The notes below the pieces were generated by a model. The model was given only the letters and a program-made list of their open reading frames with translations, was not told the DNA's origin and made no database searches. DNA of 64,000 nucleotides from Candidatus Latescibacterota bacterium (lineage in GTDB: Bacteria; Latescibacterota; UBA2968; GCA-2709665): positions 64,001 through 128,000 of the forward strand of contig CAXXJS010000050.1 of the NCBI GenBank assembly GCA_963662665.2, written 5' to 3'. Below are positions 41,486 to 50,784 of the stretch, piece by piece; position 1 is the first letter of the stretch, and the number at the start of each line of letters is the position of its first letter. The position numbers and the translations under genes were made by a program.

Positions 41486-42538
41486 CTACAGATTTCCGGA
41501 TACCGCGATTTTAACTGCGTCCTTTCCGTCCAGACGGTAGCTGCCCGCAAGGGCATTGAAGCCTTCAGGCACCCGGTCCAGCGGGATGGTGTGGCTGACC
41601 ATGTCGGCAAAGGGAAACTCGTTTTTTTCCAGGATGGGCAGGCCGCGCACGAAGTGTTCGGGTGAACTCGCCCAGACGGCTTCGAAGCGCAGGTTCTTTC
41701 GCATGAACATGCGATTGGGGTTGCATTCGAATGACCCGACGTCGACGAAATGGCCCATTTCAACGTAGGTGCCGTCCTGTCGAAGGTAATCCAGACCTTC
41801 CGGTATGGCGGGCAGAAAGCCCGCACACTCAAAGACGACGTCGGCCCCGGCGCCTTTGGGGGTGCCGTCTCGAACCAGTCGCTTGCGTTCCTGGGGTTCC
41901 GGGACTTCTGCGATGTCGACGGTGACGTCCGCCCCCATCTCGCGCGCGAGATCCAGGCGGCCGGGCGGGCCCCCGACCATGATGAGACGCCCGGCGCCGC
42001 TGACTTTCGCGCAGATGAGGGTGACGAGGCCAATGGCGCCGGAGCCCTGAACGACGACGGTATCGCCGAATTGAATCCCGGCCCGCATAACGCCGTGTAC
42101 GCCGATTGTGAAGGGCTCTAGAAGTACGGCGACCTCCGCCGGCAGATCGGTCCTGAAGAAAACCGTCTCCGGATTCCAGAGATAGATGTATTCGGCAAAG
42201 CCGCCGCGAAGATAGGGCTGCATTCCTGCGGGGATGAAGCCATAGGCGCCCTGAGACGTACCTGGCACAAGGGCGATCCGGTCACCGGCTTTCACCGGGC
42301 GCCCGAGGTGGTCGTGGGTAACGCCTTCTCCGAGTGTGTCGACGATTCCGACGTTTTCGTGTCCCAGGATGATCTCGTCTTTCAGTCTCTGATGTTCCCA
42401 GTTGTGCAGGTCGGTGCCGCAAATGCCGGCCAGTTCCTGTCTTAACAGGACGGTGCCGGGCGCGGGATCGGGGACGGGGTACTCACGGACTTCAAAGCGT
42501 TCGCCAACGACAACCGAAGCACGACCGGTTCTGGGCAT
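41486..42538 (-). CDS. Zn-dependent medium-chain alcohol dehydrogenase
   Basis: GICGTD, LGHE, GSGAIG; the structural-zinc Cys loop is missing. Confidence 0.88.
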   Translation of the reverse strand: MPRTGRASVVVGERFEVREYPVPDPAPGTVLLRQELAGICGTDLHNWEHQRLKDEIILGHENVGIVDTLGEGVTHDHLGRPVKAGDRIALVPGTSQGAYGFIPAGMQPYLRGGFAEYIYLWNPETVFFRTDLPAEVAVLLEPFTIGVHGVMRAGIQFGDTVVVQGSGAIGLVTLICAKVSGAGRLIMVGGPPGRLDLAREMGADVTVDIAEVPEPQERKRLVRDGTPKGAGADVVFECAGFLPAIPEGLDYLRQDGTYVEMGHFVDVGSFECNPNRMFMRKNLRFEAVWASSPEHFVRGLPILEKNEFPFADMVSHTIPLDRVPEGFNALAGSYRLDGKDAVKIAVSGNL

Positions 42539-42573
42539 GGGTAAGCCCCTCCTCCGACTTTCGGTCGGATGTG

Positions 42574-43374
42574 TCAGGATTGCGCGTAGAAACGTATTTC
42601 CGGGATGTCTCCGATACTGCCCATTTCGCGTGCGTATCTGTAAAAGAGGTTCAGGCCCTCGAGTTCAGCCTCGCCAAAGTCGTAACGGATTTTGTTGGCA
42701 AGGAAATCGGCATAGAATCCGGCCGAACCCTGACGTGACGACGCGCAAGTCGCCGCAATATGGGGGATTTCCCGTACCCCCAGCGCCCTTGCCCTGATCA
42801 GCTGCCTGGTCTGCTCGGGATCCAGCGCGTGAGACCGGCCCGCCCAGCAGGCGTAGACGAACGGAAGCCTCGTAAGTTCGGCCCAGGCACTACCCAGGTC
42901 GATCGCGCAAAAGGACGTCGTATCCACGGCGAGCGCCGCGTCTCCGATGATGACGGCGGCATCGGCTTGATCCAGCATGCCTCCGGCGTCGGGAGACGTG
43001 TAGAAGACGTCGGGCGTGCACCGGTATCGTTTCTGCAATACAATGCGGCTGAGGACGGCCGACGTCCGGGAGTTGCCGTCCACGGCGAGCGTCCGGATAT
43101 CGGCCGGGTCTTTACGGTGCAGGAGCAGTACGCTTCTGACCGGGCCCCGGGAGGAGACGCCGACTTCGGGCACGACACTGTATGCAACAGGCCCGCGGGC
43201 GATTTCGATGGAGGGGATGAGGGCCACGTCGGCTTCGCCGCTGTGAAGGCGTTGGGCGCAGCGGGCGGGCACGTTGTAGGAAAGATCGAAGCGGTGTTCG
43301 ATTAGGCCGGTCTCCAGGGCGTGCACCAGCGGACGGGTGTTCAGGAACGAGACCACATCGAGGCGGGTTGCCAT
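42574..43374 (-). CDS. mqnA: Chorismate dehydratase
   Basis: VSFLNTRPL, GPVRSV, SRTS, IIGDAAL, DLGSAW, LPFVYACW. Confidence 0.9.
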   Translation of the reverse strand: MATRLDVVSFLNTRPLVHALETGLIEHRFDLSYNVPARCAQRLHSGEADVALIPSIEIARGPVAYSVVPEVGVSSRGPVRSVLLLHRKDPADIRTLAVDGNSRTSAVLSRIVLQKRYRCTPDVFYTSPDAGGMLDQADAAVIIGDAALAVDTTSFCAIDLGSAWAELTRLPFVYACWAGRSHALDPEQTRQLIRARALGVREIPHIAATCASSRQGSAGFYADFLANKIRYDFGEAELEGLNLFYRYAREMGSIGDIPEIRFYAQS

Positions 43375-43385
43375 TCGCACGGCCT

Positions 43386-44486
43386 TCAGTTCACCATTTC
43401 GTACCGGGTGTTGCGTCTCACCGGCCGGTAGCCGGCGCCCCGGATGAGGCGTAACATCGTGGGAAGGCTCATGTCGTCGGTGTGGTTGGTGCCTGCGGCG
43501 GAAACAACGTTTTCCTCCATCATGGTGCTGCCGAAGTCGTTGACGCCGTATTTGAGGCCGACCTGGGCAATCTTGGGGCCCTGAGTCACCCACGAGGCCT
43601 GAAAACTTGGAATATTGTCCAGAAACAGGCGAGAGACCGCAATGGTTCGCAGGTAATCGTATCCTGTGGCTGTCTTGCCGTTCCAGCGGGCGTTGTCGGC
43701 GGCCAGGTCGGTATCGTCCGGCTGGAAATTCCACGCAATGAACGCGGTCAGACCTCCGGTGTCGTCCTGGAGGTCCCGGATGTGTTTCAGGTGTTCGAGG
43801 CGCTGGTCGACGGATTCGACGTGGCCGTACATCATGGTGGCGGTGGTGTGCATGCCCAGTTCGTGTGCCGCGCGATGCACCTCCAGCCATTCGTGCACCC
43901 GGTCTTTGCGGAAGCCGATGATGTCGCGAACCTCGTCCGACAGAATTTCGGCTCCTGCGCCAGGAATGGAATCCAGGCCGGCGTCCCGCAGGCGGCGGAT
44001 GCAGTCCGAAATGGAGAGACGCGAGATGTGCGCGACATAGATGATCTCCGTGGCCGAAAGGCAGTGCTGGTGCACGGAAGGATAGCGCTCGCGGATACTT
44101 GAGAATAAACCTTCGTAGTAGTCGATGCGCAGCCTGGGATTCAGGCCCCCCTGCATCAGGATTTCGTTCGATTTTGGAGTTTGCCCGCCCGCGGCAACCA
44201 ATTCGTCGATCTTCCGGAAAATTTGTTCCCGGGGCAGGACGTATCCTTCGTCGGATCCGGGAGGGCGGTAGAACGCGCAGAAATCGCATCGTACCCAGCA
44301 GACGTTGGTGTAGTTGATGTTGCGGCCGATGTTGTAGGTGACCACGTCTTCCGGCCATCTGCGCCGGCGCGCGGCGTCTGCCAGCATGCCCAGTTCCGTG
44401 ACGTTGGGATGAGCCATCAGGCGCCGGGCGTCATCTACAGTGATACGCGCTTCCGCGTCGATCTTTTCGGCAATATCGTCGATCAT
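43386..44486 (-). CDS. mqnC: Cyclic dehypoxanthinyl futalosine synthase (radical SAM)
   Basis: NYTNVCWVRCDFCAFYR, QASWVTQG, DFGSTMMEENVV. Confidence 0.92.
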   Translation of the reverse strand: MIDDIAEKIDAEARITVDDARRLMAHPNVTELGMLADAARRRRWPEDVVTYNIGRNINYTNVCWVRCDFCAFYRPPGSDEGYVLPREQIFRKIDELVAAGGQTPKSNEILMQGGLNPRLRIDYYEGLFSSIRERYPSVHQHCLSATEIIYVAHISRLSISDCIRRLRDAGLDSIPGAGAEILSDEVRDIIGFRKDRVHEWLEVHRAAHELGMHTTATMMYGHVESVDQRLEHLKHIRDLQDDTGGLTAFIAWNFQPDDTDLAADNARWNGKTATGYDYLRTIAVSRLFLDNIPSFQASWVTQGPKIAQVGLKYGVNDFGSTMMEENVVSAAGTNHTDDMSLPTMLRLIRGAGYRPVRRNTRYEMVN

Positions 44487-44684
44487 CGATCCGTTCTCCG
44501 CGTCCAATGATGCTTAACCTCAATACAAATAAGAATAACCGTTAAATCGGCCACAAAAAGCACAAAAGGCACAGAAGGTATCGGTGCGAAACGACGTGGG
44601 TCATCCCTGCACCTCATGCATCCACGATGCTCCCAACGGCCGATTTAATTCACGCACCTACGATCACCACAATGAGAAGCAGTC

Positions 44685-46247
44685 TTAAACCCGGGAAAGT
44701 CGATCGAGTATGCGATCAACGAGGCACTTTGCAGCCACTCTGTTCAAAGAGCACACGTAAATGAGATCGAAAACTTCCTTGTAGGTCGCCCTTTTTGGTG
44801 ATGGGAGGTATTCGAGGATGTCGCCATCAACCTTGGTCGTGTGAGTATCGACAGCATTCTCAATCGAGGCAAGACGCCCCCTGAGCGCACCACGATCGTC
44901 ATCCTCAAATAGATCAAAATCGATCGCTTTTCTCATTTCGGACAATAGAGTGGCGACCTCGGCTTTGATGGACTTGGCGTATTGCTCCGAGACGGCGCCT
45001 TGCTTGATCACGTCCAGCTTCTCGAAAATCTTGTCAGCACTTAGCTCGAATGTCTTGAGACGGTTTCGCTTTTGAGAGGAAACACGGCATTCACGCGCGA
45101 TTTGAGCCCCCACGGGGCGCAAATGCGCAATGATATTGTCTAAGTGTGCATTGCTTTCGAACTCATCCCGTCGTCCGTTCGGCACGATCCGCGTATCTAG
45201 AACGTGAATCTCTCCTATCGCCCAGGAACAGAAACGATCCTCGGGAAATATATCGAGAAAAAGACGATCATGGCCGACCTGGATGTTACCCACACGAGCG
45301 CGGAGTCCGCGAACTCCCTGAGATACCGGGATCGCGCCTTGATAGTCATGGTTGACCAGCCATCCTACGGCAGCGATATCACCATCGATACTCTCGATCT
45401 TGAATGACTCAAGATTGAGCAGGTTCGCCTTTTTCGTGTCCGAATACACAACCTCATCGCGATAGGGGCGAAAGACCGGCTCTTCTGCACCATTAATGTG
45501 AATGTTATAGGACTTGCCCGCTCGGCCGTGAGTCGCGAGGAGCGTCGCTATTTCGGGTCCGAATGAAAACTCGGGCGAGAACGGACACGGACAAACTTGA
45601 CTGATGAAGGCTTCGATCTCCACTTCATTCAAGAGCCTGTCATTGGAAATCCGCCGCGGCTTGACGAACTCAACCTCGAAGAAATGAGTAGGATAGTCAT
45701 CGGGATTAAGCAACTTCAATGTGACAGCCTCTCTCACGATCGTTGGTAGGTCCGTAACTCTGTCAGTTGACGCTAGCATCGACTTGACCACGCGTCCGTC
45801 CCACATCGCCTCCATGACCTTTGTATCGCCGTCGGTCCTAGAGCGAAACAGGAGCTGTTGCACATAGCCTAGCCCAGAAAGTCGCCCGACACCGCGTAAA
45901 CCCCGCGCATCCGTGCCACGCTTCTCGCTCGCCCCAATGGAAAGCATACGTGCTGGGAAATCCTCGTTGGAAATGCCCTTTCCATTGTCCCGGATCACGA
46001 CTCGACGGTCAATATGATCGAGATTGATCTCGATCAGCCCGTCATCGATTGAAGGCAATAGGCCCAAAACCACAGCATCATCAATGGAGTCGGTGGCGTT
46101 TTGCACATACTCCCGGAAGATCGAAAGTGGATTGACATACATAGAGCTACTCAAGATCTCCAGTACGTCCTTGCCTACGAAAACTTCGTGCTCCTCAAGA
46201 ACCTCAGCATTAGCCCTTTTGACCTCGATCATCCCCTCGATCCCCAC
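44685..46247 (-). CDS. GHKL (Hsp90/MORC-like) ATPase
   Basis: REYVQNATD, IRDNGKGI, GLRGVGRLSG; second domain with GEIHV and PNGRRDEF. Confidence 0.85.
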   Translation of the reverse strand: MGIEGMIEVKRANAEVLEEHEVFVGKDVLEILSSSMYVNPLSIFREYVQNATDSIDDAVVLGLLPSIDDGLIEINLDHIDRRVVIRDNGKGISNEDFPARMLSIGASEKRGTDARGLRGVGRLSGLGYVQQLLFRSRTDGDTKVMEAMWDGRVVKSMLASTDRVTDLPTIVREAVTLKLLNPDDYPTHFFEVEFVKPRRISNDRLLNEVEIEAFISQVCPCPFSPEFSFGPEIATLLATHGRAGKSYNIHINGAEEPVFRPYRDEVVYSDTKKANLLNLESFKIESIDGDIAAVGWLVNHDYQGAIPVSQGVRGLRARVGNIQVGHDRLFLDIFPEDRFCSWAIGEIHVLDTRIVPNGRRDEFESNAHLDNIIAHLRPVGAQIARECRVSSQKRNRLKTFELSADKIFEKLDVIKQGAVSEQYAKSIKAEVATLLSEMRKAIDFDLFEDDDRGALRGRLASIENAVDTHTTKVDGDILEYLPSPKRATYKEVFDLIYVCSLNRVAAKCLVDRILDRLSRV

Positions 46248-46252
46248 TTTTC

Positions 46253-47881
46253 CTACACATATACTTGGGTGGCAGTTTTTACCTGCTGTTTTGCCCTTGT
46301 ACCCGGCTGCACATCCTGATCCGTCAGCGTCGCATCTTCCACGCGCTCATCTTCAGGCACCAGAATGGCATTGATGTCCTCGACTCGTCGTCGTTTTTGT
46401 GCCTCCCAGATCAGCACCTCATCGGCCTTGGGCATCGGCACGAAGTATCGTGCGGCCTCCCGCAATCTGCCTGCAGCAAGCAAACTCAGGTCGCGCTCAT
46501 AGTCACTTTTTTCGCGACTACACAGATAACTAAGGAGCTCCGTACGCTCATCTGCCGATAGGGTCTCCATCACGGCCTGGAAGGAGTCGAACTCCGCCCG
46601 GCCATCAAACTGCTCGTACCAGTTGCGGTTGAAGATGTAATGGTGTGGCCGGAACAGAATCCCTTCGAATTGCTCGAAAGTGTCTCCGAAGGCCTTTCTG
46701 AAGAACTCAGGTGCACCGCTAACAATCCCGTGTGTCGCTTGCAGGATGACCTGCATCGAGCGGAGATAATAGGAATTCCAGTTCTCACCGACATGGCCTC
46801 TGTCCTTACGCGTGACCGGCTGATAGCGCATCGGGAAAGAGAAGATGCGAATACCTAGCTCCTCATTCAGTGTCACGTTGAGACGCATACGTTCAAAGAG
46901 ATCGTTCGGACTGTCATAAAAGTTGTAGAGCATATAGTTCGATAGCTCTGTAATCCCGGCCTCGGCAGCAAACCGGATGGCTTGTTCATAGGGCTTCCTA
47001 ACGCCGAGATGGTCGAAGGCAATTCGCAATGGCTTCAGCGCAATACGCGAAAGCTGCTGCAAAAACATCGGATGTTTGCAGAGTATGCGGGCATCGACAC
47101 CTTGATTGAAGTCCACCCGGCGTTGGTGGTCGTAGCGTCCGCGCTTGAGCGTCGCCCCGCGCTCAAAGCCAAGATCAATGATTTCCGCGATGATGTCCTT
47201 GAAGTTAGCGGAAGCGACGACATTGTTATCCATCAAGATCAGATCCCGCTTCTCACCGTAGAGACGATTGACGCCCTCAATGATCTCGCTCAGCGAGTTT
47301 GTATCCCTCTGATCACCTTCAAGTTTCGGGACACCGCAGAACGCACATTTTCGAACGCAGCCGCGCGAGGCGTAAGTGAAGTAGGCATCTGTTACAGGGT
47401 ACTTATACTCAATATGGTCCAGAATGCTGTAATCCGGCACCAAGTCTTCGATGGGCTTGCCGTCTACATCATCCGCATAAAGTTCTTCTTCGAACGGGTC
47501 GAGGCATAACGAGATGGCGGGTGCGTCACCCAACAACCCCTTGATAAAACGGACGCCGCGCCACTTCGGCTCTTCGAGATACTTCTCATGCATTAGCGAT
47601 GCAGCAATCCCACCGACAAAGACGCGGTGCGCCTGGCCGCCAGCCAAATCAAGCGCATAATCGATGCTGCGTGCCGTGCGCTCCCACTCAAAGGAGAACA
47701 GCGTGGTAATATAGACGCGGTCCCAGGCTGTCTCGTGAGCTGAAGGGTCTTCACCCTTCACAAAGCGAACATTGTCCTTCTTGCCGTTGGGGCCATGATA
47801 CTGGGCAATTTTCATCAGCCCTAGTGGTGGGTATTTGTTCCTGTAACCCGGTTCGACAAGAAGGATGTTCTTGTTTGCCAT
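46253..47881 (-). CDS. Radical SAM protein with a B12-binding-like N-terminal region
   Basis: RGCVRKCAFC (CxxxCxxC), LMDNN, VDFNQGVDAR; N-terminal ILLVEP..YPPLGLMK and VGGIAASL. Confidence 0.88.
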   Translation of the reverse strand: MANKNILLVEPGYRNKYPPLGLMKIAQYHGPNGKKDNVRFVKGEDPSAHETAWDRVYITTLFSFEWERTARSIDYALDLAGGQAHRVFVGGIAASLMHEKYLEEPKWRGVRFIKGLLGDAPAISLCLDPFEEELYADDVDGKPIEDLVPDYSILDHIEYKYPVTDAYFTYASRGCVRKCAFCGVPKLEGDQRDTNSLSEIIEGVNRLYGEKRDLILMDNNVVASANFKDIIAEIIDLGFERGATLKRGRYDHQRRVDFNQGVDARILCKHPMFLQQLSRIALKPLRIAFDHLGVRKPYEQAIRFAAEAGITELSNYMLYNFYDSPNDLFERMRLNVTLNEELGIRIFSFPMRYQPVTRKDRGHVGENWNSYYLRSMQVILQATHGIVSGAPEFFRKAFGDTFEQFEGILFRPHHYIFNRNWYEQFDGRAEFDSFQAVMETLSADERTELLSYLCSREKSDYERDLSLLAAGRLREAARYFVPMPKADEVLIWEAQKRRRVEDINAILVPEDERVEDATLTDQDVQPGTRAKQQVKTATQVYV

Positions 47882-47988
47882 GATCTGCCTCGACCGATAT
47901 TTCGTACATCTAATCTACAGAGATTGGGTTTATCGAACCAGTTTCTGCGGTTCCTTGAGATCTCCTTAACCAACCGTGCCGGGATCGG

Positions 47989-50322
47989 TTATGAAACCAC
48001 CGGAGTTTCTGAGATATCCTTAGGGAAAAACTCCTCAACTCTATCGTAGATTTTTTTAACTTTCGTGACTTGCTTTGAGTTCAGAGCGCCTTGCTCGGGA
48101 TGTGCGACTATATTACGTATTTTATTGAGGTCCGTAATCCATTTCGTGTTTACTCTTTTCGCTTCTTTGTCTTTGGCGTCTAGCGAAATTACGTTTTTAA
48201 CCAAGTCCCAGTTTTGAATGCATATTTCAACGTAGTTCTGCAGGTAGAGTTGACTTTCTTCGTCGCCCACACGGTTTTTTTCCTCCCACCGGCTACTACA
48301 ATCCACACGAATTTTGGAAGGCACTCCCTGAACCCACCAAGCCTTGTCTTGTGTCCCATATTCCTCTTTCAACACGCCAATGACGTACTCGAATATTCTC
48401 TTCTGAATCCGGAGAACATTCGTGCGTGCTTCCTCGGTGCCCGCCTCATCACGCGAGTCAATGTACTTCTGCAGCCCTGCTGGTTTGAACTCGGGATACT
48501 CTTTCCGGATTTGGGCTTCCATGCCATAGGCCTGTTGCCGAACGGCTGTCAGGGACGAGCCAATGCGTCGGAAAGCCTGGACATCTTGGTCGGAGGCACT
48601 CTTGAAAAAGGCGATCAGCACTTGAAGATATGGACTTATTGCGGTGAATGTCTCTTCGGCACTGAAGAGATAAAGGTCCGTGCCGTCTTCTTGCCGAATA
48701 TGATCAGCAATGTCCTCGATGACATGAAATAGAGCTCGGATGCCGTTATTCGTGCACAGATACCCCCCTCGACCATCACCGATCTCCCAGTGATACGTAA
48801 GCTCGGTCGAGAACATCGTGAGGCAGTCCGAGAGCACTGATAAGGCTTTCTTCAGGTTCGCCTCATATTGGTCCGTCCTGATCGTGGACAGCGGGCCCGG
48901 TACAACTGCGCCCTTGGTGAACATTCCTAATAGCTTGGAAACGCGGAGGCCGTCTCGAATCGAGGTCTGCGTCAGGCAGCGAAACTGGGTCTTCCTCGTT
49001 CCGGTGACTACCATGCGGTCATGAAGCGGCGAGGAACCCTCGCTGTTGAGACGCGAGGCGATACGCGAGAGTAGGGCCTGGAACGCTTCTTCACGGTCGG
49101 ATGAGCACCAGTGAAGGTCCGCGTAAAGCTCAACCAACAGGCCTGTACTCACCTTGACTTGCTTGCTGTTGATATCGATGAAGAGGTTCATCTCCTTGTC
49201 GGAAGGGAGGTTTTCAAAAGCAAGTACGGGCAAGACCGTCGAATCCTGCTTGAAGGCTTTTTGCTCACGCGCATAGGCATAGCCGTAGAGCCTATGTTGG
49301 CCATCGATGATCCAGGCGGAGGCATAAAGCGGCGGCAGATGCAGTACGCCCAAGGCCTCATCACCGTAGTTCTCCTTTACATCGAACCGCAATTTGTTCT
49401 TCCTTCCAGTCTTCAGGTTGGCAACGATATTCGTCGGAAACTTGTTACCATCATTGATGTATTCTGCGATCTTTTTCAGGCGGCGCGGCTGGAGCATGCG
49501 CTGGTATGTTTCCAAGTTCTCGATGTCGCGGCTTGCTTTGTGGCCGACGTAGGCAATCTTCAAGAGTTCATCGGGGCGGATAAGGAAAGTGTAGAAGGTC
49601 TCACCGCCCATCTTACCGCGGGTTGCTACGACTTCTTTTGTTAGGCCGTCAATCTTCTGGCCTGCAAACATGTGCCCCAAAAACTGGTAGCGCGCCGCTT
49701 GCTTGAGGTGCTGCGCTAGCAACGCATAGTAATTGAGTTCGCCGTCGGAGATTACCGAAATCTGCGCTTGCTTGCACTTTTCAAGGTCCACGTCACTCCA
49801 AGAGATGTTTCTTGTTGCGATGACATATTTAACTTTGAGCTTACTGTATTGGCCGTAGACCTTGCGGATCGATTTGTGCAGGTTCTCGCGGATTGCCCTG
49901 ATCTTCTCGATCAGCTGCGCCATGCTTTTTTTGCTCGGCGTGTCGCGCCGCGTGCACTCCACGATTATGACAGTTTCATCATCTTTGGCGAACACGTCGA
50001 TCTGGCGGGATGGCAGGCCATCTCCGACGGCAATGGTGAACTGGCGTCCTTTGCTCATCTCCTTGAAGCCCATCTGGGCTAGGACGCTCCAGACTTCGTC
50101 TTCAAGTTGCTCGTCAGCAGGCTTCGGCTTGGCCATGCGCGTTGACTTGGCGTTTCTTCTGACTATCCGCCAACCGTCAGCTTCTTCGAGCTTCACCTTT
50201 GCAGCAATGATCTTTCTCGACGAACCCGATACAGTCTTGTATATATCCTTCCTTTTTCGGCTTCTGAGCTCTGTTGTGATCTCATCGCCGGAGACGAGGG
50301 GTCCTAGGTATTCATCCGTCAT
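47989..50322 (-). CDS. DGQHR (DndB/ParB-like) protein with N-terminal nuclease-like and C-terminal HEPN domains
   Basis: QIDVFAKDDETVIIVECT, YQRM, IIDGQHRL, FIDIN, and WW..GVP..IR...RNIVAH (RxxxxH). Confidence 0.85.
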   Translation of the reverse strand: MTDEYLGPLVSGDEITTELRSRKRKDIYKTVSGSSRKIIAAKVKLEEADGWRIVRRNAKSTRMAKPKPADEQLEDEVWSVLAQMGFKEMSKGRQFTIAVGDGLPSRQIDVFAKDDETVIIVECTRRDTPSKKSMAQLIEKIRAIRENLHKSIRKVYGQYSKLKVKYVIATRNISWSDVDLEKCKQAQISVISDGELNYYALLAQHLKQAARYQFLGHMFAGQKIDGLTKEVVATRGKMGGETFYTFLIRPDELLKIAYVGHKASRDIENLETYQRMLQPRRLKKIAEYINDGNKFPTNIVANLKTGRKNKLRFDVKENYGDEALGVLHLPPLYASAWIIDGQHRLYGYAYAREQKAFKQDSTVLPVLAFENLPSDKEMNLFIDINSKQVKVSTGLLVELYADLHWCSSDREEAFQALLSRIASRLNSEGSSPLHDRMVVTGTRKTQFRCLTQTSIRDGLRVSKLLGMFTKGAVVPGPLSTIRTDQYEANLKKALSVLSDCLTMFSTELTYHWEIGDGRGGYLCTNNGIRALFHVIEDIADHIRQEDGTDLYLFSAEETFTAISPYLQVLIAFFKSASDQDVQAFRRIGSSLTAVRQQAYGMEAQIRKEYPEFKPAGLQKYIDSRDEAGTEEARTNVLRIQKRIFEYVIGVLKEEYGTQDKAWWVQGVPSKIRVDCSSRWEEKNRVGDEESQLYLQNYVEICIQNWDLVKNVISLDAKDKEAKRVNTKWITDLNKIRNIVAHPEQGALNSKQVTKVKKIYDRVEEFFPKDISETPVVS

Positions 50323-50404
50323 GCCACAGAACGCTCCTGAATCAAAAAGCCGTTGAGAGAAGGTTCAAATTTACACGCGATTATAAGATATGAGCTTGAC
50401 GGAT

Positions 50405-50503
50405 TTACCCCTTGCCCATACCGGACGCCAGCCAACCAAGAAACACAACAACCGCCACTGGTATTGCCAGCAACGGATAATGCCACCAATCAAATCTCTG
50501 CAT
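50405..50503 (-). CDS. Putative 32-aa single-helix membrane peptide
   Basis: MQRFDWWHYPLLAIPVAVVVFLGWLASGMGKG; below the ORF-track cutoff; same orientation as the island genes. Confidence 0.45.
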   Translation of the reverse strand: MQRFDWWHYPLLAIPVAVVVFLGWLASGMGKG

Positions 50504-50533
50504 TGTAACCGTCCGTTTTCGACATTTGGACAA

Positions 50534-50779
50534 TTACTCCACACGCTCATATACATCATAACTGTGACGCAGAAGCCAGGTACCTTTCGTGTGGTCTTTG
50601 AGGACGCCACGGACATTCCGTTTCCATTTTGGTTCTGACGTCCAAGGAACTGGATCGAAATCTTCATCATCGAGCGAAGCCCGGTTTTCAACTATGTCGT
50701 ATAATTCAGAAACATCGTAACGTCTTCCCATTTGCATACGCCTTTGAAGAATATCTCGGATCTGTGGGTATCTGGTCAT
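50534..50779 (-). CDS. Small winged-helix-like protein
   Basis: ELYDIVE...LDDED...PKWKRNVRGVL resembles wHTH domains found on restriction/HNH nucleases; starts 5 bp after the upstream remnant. Confidence 0.55.
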   Translation of the reverse strand: MTRYPQIRDILQRRMQMGRRYDVSELYDIVENRASLDDEDFDPVPWTSEPKWKRNVRGVLKDHTKGTWLLRHSYDVYERVE

Positions 50780-50784
50780 AAGGC

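Noticed and set aside
43375-44358. Long N-terminal extension of MqnA (594-aa ORF)
   Set aside because: It is an alternate frame overlapping mqnC; MqnA similarity begins at MATRLD (43374).
46253-47881. A third futalosine-pathway radical SAM enzyme
   Set aside because: It lacks the NYTN-C and PGxGAE signatures of MqnC/MqnE and shares the island's lower GC.
44685-50322. Canonical Dnd or Dpd system, or housekeeping htpG
   Set aside because: No dndA/C/D/E or dpdA in the window; the ATPase shows only GHKL boxes and I see no HtpG middle or C-terminal motifs.
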